The notes under the pieces are model-generated. The model saw only the letters and a list, made by a program, of their open reading frames with translations, had not been told where the DNA came from and did no database searches. A stretch of 64,000 nucleotides of DNA from Octopus bimaculoides (Eukaryota), in assembly GCF_001194135.2 (NCBI RefSeq), contig NC_068987.1, positions 74,894,865 through 74,958,864 on the forward strand, in the 5' to 3' direction. The translations under genes were made by a program, and so were the position numbers. Shown here one piece after another: positions 14,891-24,391 of the stretch (position 1 is the first letter of the stretch; every line of letters begins with the position of its first letter).

Positions 14891-15750
14891 TATTGTTAAT
14901 GTATCTGGTACAGTGCTTCTGTTACACTAATCTCTTAGACCATATCCAACACAAGTTTATTAGACTAACTGCTGAAGATTTACTCACCAACTTGTCATCA
15001 ACCTGTTCTGATCTAGTGAGCTGAATAACCCTTCCCAATGAGGCTTACTCAGCATCAATCTTTCCTTGTCATCCATGCCACATTTCACACCTTAGATTCA
15101 CTGCACACACACACACACTCACCAAACACTTGTAGCTGTCTCCCTCTTGTGTATATAGACTGAAGATCACAATCTATATATCTTCAGTCAGCTGTATAGG
15201 TCATGGTCACTCACTGTCTTTTATTCCTTTGACTAATATATCTTGTATCTTTCATCTTTTACTTGTTTTAGTAATTGGGCTGTGACCATGCTGGGGCACC
15301 ACTTTGAAGGGTGTAGCTGAGCAAATCACCCTCAGTACCTATTTTTAAATCTGATACTTATTCTGTTGGTTTCTTTGGGGCTTTGGTTTTCATCACTGGT
15401 TACAATTATCTTTTAAAATGATTTTTTTAATGTATCATATAGATGTAATTTTTGCCTCTGAATCCAAATTTGTTATACATTTATTCCAAAACAATGCTGT
15501 AAAATGTTACAGGTGTTCAAAGTTTGATAATTTTCAAAATATCAGAAAACAGCATGTTTGCTGCCTCTTCTTTCACGGGGTGGGGTGGAGGGGGGGGGGC
15601 ACTGGCATGTCAAAACATTGTCATGCATACATACATAGATATACTCACACAAAGTTGAAACGCAGTTTTTATTTTTAGTTTCAGCATTGAATGTTCGCCA
15701 TCCCACTTCTATTGCACACACAAAAACATGTAAACATTCACATACCTTCC

Positions 15751-15781
<31 letters not shown>

Positions 15782-16304
15782 TACTCACACAGTTGAAACA
15801 CTCCCACTACCAGATTGCTGTCATCCCTTCCTTCCTTATTCATCTATCTCCCCTTCCTTTTTCATTCATATGTTGTGACAGAAAAACATGAAGAGTATTA
15901 TTATAGTAGAAGATTATCTTTCTGGTATCTCCTTCTCCCTCTTGTACGCATGTGCAGCATCTTTGGTTACTATGGAAACAGAGTTTATCGCCACAGTGAT
16001 GTGTAAAATACTTGCTTCTGATTGGCTAAAATACCCAAGTCTTGCAAATTTTAAAGGCTAATAACTTTTTAATTATGGATTTATAGAAAAAAGGAATTTC
16101 ATTTTCATAATTAGTATACAAAACTTAATCCATTTACCAAATTTAAAAACAACTGGAACAAAATTGTAAACAGTGACGCAAACCACAAAGATCCATTTCT
16201 TTTACTGAATTGTTATGGTGTGGGAACATAAACAAACCAACACTGGTTGTCAAGTGGTGGTTAGGAGACAACCACAGAGACACACACACACACACACATA
16301 TATA

Positions 16305-16675
16305 TATAAAAGATGGAGGTGGAAATAGCACAGAAGTATGTCTAAAACAATTTAAGAGGGAATTTAATAAAAATGATTTTAAAAATTATATAAAGAAAAT
16401 ATTACTGGTTTTAATGATTAATCTCATCTTATCAAGTATCAGTTAAAATTTATAAGAATTTGAAGTAAAAACAGTTTATCTTCTGTCTGGGGATCAAGAA
16501 CATGTCTGGAGATTTTTCATTGCAGTCTTCTTTAAATATAGTTTGGTATAGAGNNNNNNNNNNNNNNNNNNNNNNNNNNNNNNNNNNNNNNNNNNNNNNN
16601 NNNNNNNNNNNNNNNNNNNNNNNNNNNNNNNNNNNNNNNNNNNNNNNNNNNNNNNNNNNNNNNNNNNNNNNNNNN

Positions 16676-16715
<40 letters not shown>

Positions 16716-17341
16716 GTGTGTGTGTATATATATGCCAGCACACACACACAAACATACACACATAGAAAACATCGCAAAAGCACACACACACATGCACAAA
16801 CACACCCACACATACACGAATAGACACACATGCAGCTGGTGACCATGCACATATACACAGGTGGAGACACTCCACAATATACACACCCATCAACTCACAG
16901 CTGGTCACTTTCCAAACATATTGAAAGGACATTCAACACAATACACACACACACATATACACTCACACAGGTGGGCATAAAACCCTTTCAATAAATGCTT
17001 TTTAGCCACTCTGTTGACAGGAACATACAAAGATTTCTTTTAGATGATAAACTACACTCCTTCTGTCACTCTCTAACACTTTGAACTCTATACCAAACTA
17101 TATTTAAAGAAGACTTCAATGAAAAATCTCCAGACATGTTCTTGACGCTCCCCCCCCATGACAGAAGATAAACTGTTTTTACTTCAAATTTTTATAAATT
17201 TTTACAGATATTTGATAAGATGAGATTCATCATCAAAACCGGTAATATTTTCTTTATATAATTTTAAAAATCATCCTTATTAAATTTTCTCTTAAATTGA
17301 AATGTCTTACACTTCTGTGCTTTTCCACATCCATCTTTTAT
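16305..17341. mobile_element. Foldback/MITE-like element with about 250-bp inverted arms
   Basis: 16305-16553 is the approximate reverse complement of 17086-17341; the spacer includes a gap and microsatellites. Confidence 0.7.
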
Positions 17342-17395
17342 CTATAAAAATTTGATTTGTATAGGTCTCTAATTTTTTTTCAACCTATATATATA

Positions 17396-17632
17396 TACAT
17401 TATTTACATTTGCCGGATATTTGTCCTCATCATGTTTGTTGTTAACACTTTTTGGCTGATATACCCTCCAGCCTTCATCAGGTGTCTTGGGGAAATTTCG
17501 AACCTGGGTTCTCATTCTTAAGGTATTTTTCGATATTATTATTATTATTGTTATTCAGGTCACTGTTTGGAATTGAACTCGGAATCTTGGGGTCAGTAGC
17601 CCGCACTCTTAACCACTACGCCATATGCCCGT
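17396..17632 (-). mobile_element. tRNA-headed element with Penelope-type hammerhead tail (core mutated)
   Basis: On the minus strand: A box TGGCGTAGTGG, B box GTTCAATTCC, (TAA)n, then gacacCTGATGAaggctg..cagccAAAAAgtgtt with GAAACGTT lost. Confidence 0.75.
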
Positions 17633-17852
17633 GCGTAGTGGTTAAGAGCGTGGGCTACTAACCCCAAGATTTCGAGTTCAATTCCAAGCAGTAACCTGAA
17701 TAATAATAATATTGAAAAATGCCTTTGGACTGAGAACTCAGGTTCAAAATTTCTCCAAGACACCTGATGAAGGCTGGAGGGTATATCAGCCGAAACGTTG
17801 TGTTAACAATAAACAAGATGAGGACAAATATCTGTCAAATGTAAATAATGTA
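17633..17852 (+). mobile_element. tRNA-headed element with intact-looking hammerhead tail (inverted partner of 17396-17632)
   Basis: Near reverse complement of 17396-17621. B box GTTCAATTCC present; 5' end slightly truncated. Confidence 0.75.
17759..17804 (+). ncRNA. Minimal type I hammerhead ribozyme motif
   Basis: Stem I GACAC(17759-63)/GTGTT(17800-04); CTGATGA(17764-70) plus one extra A; stem II GGCTG/CAGCC; GAAA(17792-95); palindromic ACGT minimal stem III; GUU triplet with predicted cleavage after 17799. Confidence 0.7.
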
Positions 17853-17882
17853 CATAATTCCTCATCTCTTAAATATAGAACT

Positions 17883-17917
<35 letters not shown>

Positions 17918-17919
17918 TA

Positions 17920-18049
17920 AATTTATAGAAAAACAAAAGATGAAGACAGGTGTATGAACAACAAGCAAGTGTATTAGTTTGACACTCGGGGAAAAATGAA
18001 AAAGTTTTGTTTTGAATCTACGCTTTTCAACTGAAAAGAATAAGAGAAN
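17920..18049 (-). mobile_element. 3' end fragment of another repeat (Penelope-like by recollection); related tail at 27320-27367
   Basis: Minus strand ...tacacctgtcttcatcttttgtttttctataaatt resembles tacaccacctgtcctcgtctgttgttgtttttttcgtaaatt at 27320 on +. Confidence 0.35.
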
Positions 18050-18767
18050 NNNNNNNNNNNNNNNNNNNNNNNNNNNNNNNNNNNNNNNNNNNNNNNNNNN
18101 NNNNNNNNNNNNNNNNNNNNNNNNNNNNNNNNNNNNNNNNNNNNNNNNNNNNNNNNNNNNNNNNNNNNNNNNNNNNNNNNNNNNNNNNNNNNNNNNNNNN
18201 NNNNNNNNNNNNNNNNNNNNNNNNNNNNNNNNNNNNNNNNNNNTATATATATATATATATATATATATATGACAGGCTTCTGTATAGTTTTCATCTACCA
18301 AATTCCCTCACAAGCTGTTGTCAACCTAGTGCTATAGTAGAAGATATATGGCCAATGTGACGTGCAGTGGGACTGAACTCAGGTGGTTGAAATCAAGCTT
18401 CATAGCACCACACAGCCTGCCTGCACCTATATGAGTTTGTAGCAAATGTCTGTGTGTGTGTGTGTGTGTGTGTGTCTGTGTGTATCCTACTTGAAATAAA
18501 TATCCTGGTTTATAATATGTAGTTGCAGAAGTGATGAAGGAAGAGGATATACAAAAATAAAATTGTGTAACCAGAAATGTGTGTTACTGTTATCATAATG
18601 ATGCAATTACAGAATAAAAGAGAAAGTGAGAAGATAGTGTGAGACATCAACAGATTACACTCTACACATGCACCCATTTATAGATCTATATACATCTGTC
18701 AATAGATTACTCTCAATGTTCAGAAATACACACATATATACAAGCCTAGATATATGTGTGTGTGTTT

Positions 18768-18820
<53 letters not shown>

Positions 18821-20997
18821 ATGCGTGCGTGTTTCATTATGTGTGTGTATTTGCATTGTTTTATTTAATCTCTTACGTACTTGTCACTTTCCTTATCTTA
18901 TCCATCTCAGTAAGTGAGGTGGATTAAAAGAGAGAGTGAAGTAAAATGAGAGAAGAGACAGTATGGAAGAATAAGGAAAAGAGAAAGGTAAGAGGAGGAG
19001 TGGGTGTAAAGCAAATGCGAGTCCTCTCACTTTCTCACAATGTTTTCAATTCAAATGGTAGCTCTGCGAATAAATATATTTTGTTTGCATTTGTAATTTC
19101 ATTTTCATCTTTAAAAAAACTGAAACTGCAGATTTAAAATATTCAGAAAGTGAAACAATACTGCTCTATTGCTTTCTCTGTTGAATGTTCATTACTTTCC
19201 CTGTTTTGCTTGCATACAATAGAGCTTTATAGTCTATTGTATATTTTCACTGGAATTACTAGCTTTTTGTCGCATTTTCTTTTTCTTTCTGCATTTCATT
19301 GTCGGAAAAATATAAAAAAAAGTTGTTTCATTATTTATTGAGAATTTCAAAAGAACTTATTGTGCACTAGATCTCACAGACTAATCTGATGAAAAATGTG
19401 AAATAAATCAGATCTGTTCTTTTTAAATTTCTCTTGCTCTATAAATTCATTCAAACCACTTGAGACCAAGAACTGATTTTTAGAAATGATTTTTAAGCCT
19501 TGTGAGAAGACGTGAGCTATTATGTTTTACTTGATTCAGTCATTGGACTGTATACTTGGGCTACAGTCTACGGAATCAGCTTCAGCACCTGTAATTTTAA
19601 GCCTAGTACTTATTCTATTGATACCTTTTTGCCATACTGCTAAGTTACAGGTATGTAAACAAACCAACACCAGTTGTCAAGTGGTGACTGGTGGTGATGG
19701 TGAATAAACAAAGATACATACACACATAAAGTGGGTTTCTTTCAGTTTCCATTTACCAAATGCACTCACTGCTTTGGTTGGCCTGGGGCTATAGTAGAAG
19801 GCACTTGCCCTTGGGCCATACAGTAGGACTGAACCTGGAATCATGTAATTGAGAAGCAAACTTAACACACACTGTTTGAGCTGTGTTACATGAATGAAAC
19901 GGAAGCAATGACTGAGACATTTGGCATTATGTCATGCTTGAGAAGACCCATCAAGCCAAGTAAAATCGCAGTCATGGCAGATACTGGTGTCACAAAGTAC
20001 CCATTACACTTTCGGAGTGGTTGGTATTAGGAAGGGCACCCAGCTGTAGAAACGATGCCAAATCAGATTGGAGTCTGGTGCAGCCTTCCAGCTTGCTAGC
20101 CCTCATCAAACCGTCCAACCCATGCTGGCATGGACAATGGACGTTAAATGATAATGATGAAGTAAACATTTGTTGCGTCTAAGAATTCTATTATTTATAT
20201 GCAACCTGTATAGTAGATATATACACAGGGCAAATTTAGCTATTTCTCTGATAAACAGCTTTGACTGATTCTCAAACCTTATTGGGTTCTCATCAGGGGT
20301 GCCTACATCACTTAACCAATCCCAGAGAAACAAGCAGCCAATCTGTTTATATACTCAACAAATCCAGTAGTGACTGAGAACTACTAATCTACTGCATACA
20401 GTAAGGGTTCTTTTAGCATCATTTAAAATGAGGGGCCTGTCAATAGGGATATCAGTCCACATAGTTAGTAATCAAGAACTTCAAAAAGTCAAATGATGCA
20501 AAGATCTCCATATGAATAATTAATTTCTACAGCAATATTATGATTTTTAAAAAATGTAAAAATGTTTGAATAAACAAGTCACCATGAATTTTTTTTTTTT
20601 TTTCAAAAGTGAAAGCAAAAAAAGAAATTGGGACCACAAAATGTCAATAAGTATCCAAGAATCAAAAGTGAATGTAATTTAGTTGCTTCACTACCATTAT
20701 CATCATTCAGAGCTGGCAATAGTAAAAGTTGATTTTCAGTACATTTTAGAATCAACTACTCCATTCAGAGTAGAATCTTCAATCAAAGTTGATAGACTTC
20801 TTTTAAAACTAAAGGTATTTAACATCATACTCTGATTAATATAACACATTCCTCTCTTTATTCACTTTCCTATCCAAATGAATGAAGGTTGAAAAAGTCA
20901 GTGAGGACTGTATTTCGTCCTTTCTGTTGCATTCACTATGCAACGTCTTTCACCAATGCTCACCAGATGGTAGAAAGCTAATTACCCTTTCCAATGT

Positions 20998-21240
20998 GGA
21001 GGCGCGTGGCTTAGTCGTTAGGGTGTTGGACTCATGATCGTAAGATTGTGGTTTCGATTCCTGGGCCAGGCGATGTGTTGTGTTATTGAGCAAAACACTT
21101 CATGTTGCTCCAGTCCACTCAGCTGGCAAAAATGAGTATTCCTGTGACAGACTGGTGTCCTGTCCAGTTTGGGAATTTATATGCCATGAAACTGGGGAAA
21201 CTGGCCCTTATGAGTTGGCATGATTTAAGATGGTAACTTC
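20998..21240 (+). mobile_element. tRNA-derived SINE, family-B-like head with a different 3' part
   Basis: ggaggcgcgtggcttagtcgttaggg...gtttcgattcctggg head; the 3' half does not match 7780-8160. Confidence 0.75.
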
Positions 21241-21812
21241 ACCTTTTTTTTCCTTTGCCCTTTCAAATTAAAAGAAAGTAGCTGGGGGGGGGGGATCATT
21301 ATTATCCATTGGATCAACAGCTGGATCAGTCTTGTGACAGCTGCTTGACAAAAACTCCACAAATCAGCGATGCTTGGACACTGAATGAGCACACCATTCA
21401 GTCTGCATACAGCTTAGACTGGCTTTGCTAACTGCACTTCTACATCTGAAGAGTTTTTCTAGAGCTAATAGTGTTTCTTCAGTAGCACTGCCAAGCCAGA
21501 AGTTTCTGGGAGTTATCTCTAGTCCTCAGACTGAAAGTTCCTAGGAACACACCAGCCAGTTGATGAGAATCAACTGGTGTGTTCACCAGAAGGACGACCG
21601 AGATCATGGACATAGTTCCTTCCTTCAGACCAAGCTAATAATAAAAAAATAAAAAAAGCACCTGTCAAGTATTGACTGTCAATTAAAACAGTTATTGTGC
21701 TTCAAAAAGAAAATACACTTTTGTGTCTAAGTTTGGAAGCATTTTCAGTTTTGGAATAAAGAATCTGAAAGGAAAGGTTATGGGAAACTATCACAGGAAA
21801 ACTTACATAAAT

Positions 21813-22165
21813 CATCATCATCATCATCATCATCGTTTAACGTCCGCTTTCCATGCTAGCATGGGTTGGACGATTTGACTGAGGACTGGTGAAACCGGAT
21901 GGCAACACCAGGCTCCAATCTAAATTTGGCAGAGTTTCTACAGCTGGATGCCCTTCCTAACGCCAACCACTCAGAGAGTGTAGTAGGTGCTTTTACGTGT
22001 CACCTGCACGAAGGCCAGTCAGGCGATACTGGCAACGGCCACGCTCGAAATGGTGTCTTTTATGTGCCACCCGCACAAGCCAGTCCAGGGGCACTGGCAA
22101 CGATCTTGCTCGAAAATCTTACAGAAGCCAGTCAGGCGGTACTGGCAATGGCCGACCAATTTAAT
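21813..22165 (-). mobile_element. RTE 3'-tail-derived short element (family D), young-looking copy
   Basis: (CAT)n tail then gtttaacgtccgctttccatgctagcatgggttgg...ctacagctggatgcccttcctaacgccaacc; same tail as the RTE copies at 43340 and 56903. Confidence 0.85.
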
Positions 22166-22960
22166 ACTTTCTGTTGCTGAAGTTGCTTTTTGTTTTTACT
22201 GAAGAACATGAAAGTGAAAGTACTTTATTTGGTCAGGTGTTTTCCAAGTCAAAAAATCTTTTTTATTTTTTTATTTTGCATAAAAAAAATGTCTTCGTGG
22301 ACGAAAAGTTAAAGTTTCAAGATTTATTCTAAAAATAGGAATGATAAACGGATCCAGTATATTTCAATAATTTTTCAACACCATTTTCTTTCAATGATAC
22401 ACAAATCTTAATATCTTCTTATACTTGTTCATATTCTTAGGTGGAAGTCAACTCTTTCATCCTTTCCAGAGTCACTACAATAAAATATGAATCAAACACT
22501 GGGATTAATGTTATTGACTTATCCCCTTTTCTTAAAAATCATTCGTCTCGTACGTAGATCAGAAACCATCATTAAGAAAGGAATAACACCACATAAACTC
22601 CAGTCAAATTATGTGCAATTTTACACAATTCCACATTGCTTCAATGTTGTACCAATTGGTGTTCAAGCTTATCATGTTGTAATGACTGACTTGCACAAAA
22701 GATGGTTTTCCTTAGAAAATACTTCTTTTTCATATTTCAAATCCATGCAACAAGCCCTTAGGTATACCACCATAGGTGTCCATCTGCACAATGTGGGCCC
22801 TGATTGAACTTCATAGCCTCATGAACCTCAAAATTAAGACGTCTGCAATATTTTGCTGAAAAGTAATCCACTTATGTATTTCTTTTTAATTGTTCCCTTC
22901 TCTATTTAACATTTCAATAAGTTATGCTTTGTTCTTGTTAATTAGGAATGTAATTAATTG

Positions 22961-23183
22961 TCAGACTGGTTTCATGCAAGACAATTTTTCCACGAACCAA
23001 GATATAACACACTTGAAACCAAGTAAAGTGCATAATATTTAATTTAATTATTACATATGTAATACATTATATATATAAGGCAAAGCACTCTACAAGCTGC
23101 AATAGTCAATAAACTCAAAATTTTAAAATTAATTCTGTACGACTGGGTACCATATTATACAGCCCTTTTGTTGGGGACCCCTG
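22961..23183. mobile_element. hAT-Charlie-like MITE remnant
   Basis: gactggtttcatgcaagacaatttttccacg and the TTGGGGACCCCTG end resemble Charlie-type MITE motifs (from memory). Confidence 0.45.
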
Positions 23184-24353
23184 CTTTAAGGATCTAGCCC
23201 AATCTTGTCCAATCAAAAGCATCTCAGTTAAGACTTTTGCTTTTCCTTCTTTTATTAATGAGAGGAAAGAAGGAAGATTGTATTCATACAATTTTTTTTT
23301 TTGTAGGGTTGGACAGATTTTAAAGCATCTTAATTATATTAAATTTAGTATTTTGTCCGGCACTTTCCTAATCCCCTACCCTTTCACATTTCCGATGATA
23401 TTTTTTGAAGTTATTTTTTTCCCACATATATAAACATTATATAATAGCATAATAACCATTATATAAATTGTTATTTGTAACAAATCGTGTATGGTTAGTT
23501 AATAACTTAAAATCTTATTTGTTTAATTACTTTAACCTATTATTTATGATAATATAAATAAAATGTTACATATTTTTCAAGCCAGAGCTGTGGCGTTTTC
23601 CTGTAACTGTGTTTCCGTTCATCAGTCAAACTACCTTACATTATTATTTAGTTTACGACTAAATCTCGCTTATATTAGCTTTGTTTCCGTGGTCGATTTA
23701 ATTGACTGTAGGCCATCTCAAATTTATGACCTTCTGCCTATCCTCCGGAATCGACTTTGCCTTTCATCCTTTCACAGTTGATAAAATATAAAGTATCAGT
23801 CAAGTAGTGAGGTCGATATAACCGGTTGTACTCCTCCCTCTAACTTCTAGCCTTGTTGTGTCTCTGTAGAAATTAGTTTTACTATTATTGTATTAGTGGT
23901 AGTATTTGCTGTCCCTCTCCACAGACTCTTTCTCTCGCTAACGATGCCAAAACATGTGCAGCTGTACATATTGCTGCAGCACAAGTGTAAAATACAAGTT
24001 GCTGCAATTGGACACGCTTTCCCAGCCAATGTCTGCGTGAGTACAGTTTTGGAGTGTGTGCCAACTTGGAAGTGTTTTACTAAGTTGCTCTCTTGTTAAA
24101 TACAGCTTCTCACTCGCTTCATATATATATATATATATATATANNNNNNNNNNNNNNNNNNNNNNNNNNNNNNNNNNNNNNNNNNNNNNNNNNNNNNNNN
24201 NNNNNNNNNNNNNNNNNNNNNNNNNNNNNNNNNNNNNNNNNNNNNNNNNNNNNNNNNNNNNNNNNNNNNNNNNNNNNNNNNNNNNNNNNNNNNNNNNNNN
24301 NNNNNNNNNNNNNNNNNNNNCCTAACCTTAAACACGTATTCATTTGCACACGC

Positions 24354-24391
24354 GGGTTAGGGTTAGGGACAGGGTTAGGGTTAGGGTTGGG
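24354..24391 (+). repeat. Interstitial telomere-like (TTAGGG)n repeat
   Basis: GGGTTAGGGTTAGGGACAGGGTTAGGGTTAGGGTTGGG: seven GGG runs. Confidence 0.9.

Noticed and set aside
17560-17700. tRNA genes here and at 7780, 20998, 45460, 46326
   Set aside because: A and B boxes are present but acceptor and anticodon stems do not pair properly and each continues into a repeat body; these are tRNA-derived SINE heads.
20255-20305. Hammerhead-like CTGATGAG-AACC-caataa-GGTT-TGAGAA on the minus strand, and the overlapping 75-aa ORF
   Set aside because: GAAA is mutated and no stem I partner exists; the ORF has no recognisable family and only a weak donor.
21300-21636. Minus-strand exon-like segment with a good acceptor
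   Set aside because: Stops in all frames; fragments vaguely resemble decayed LINE protein but cannot be assigned.
24321-24391. Telomere-telomere fusion signature
   Set aside because: Orientation is CCCTAA then TTAGGG, opposite to a fusion, and the array is very short.
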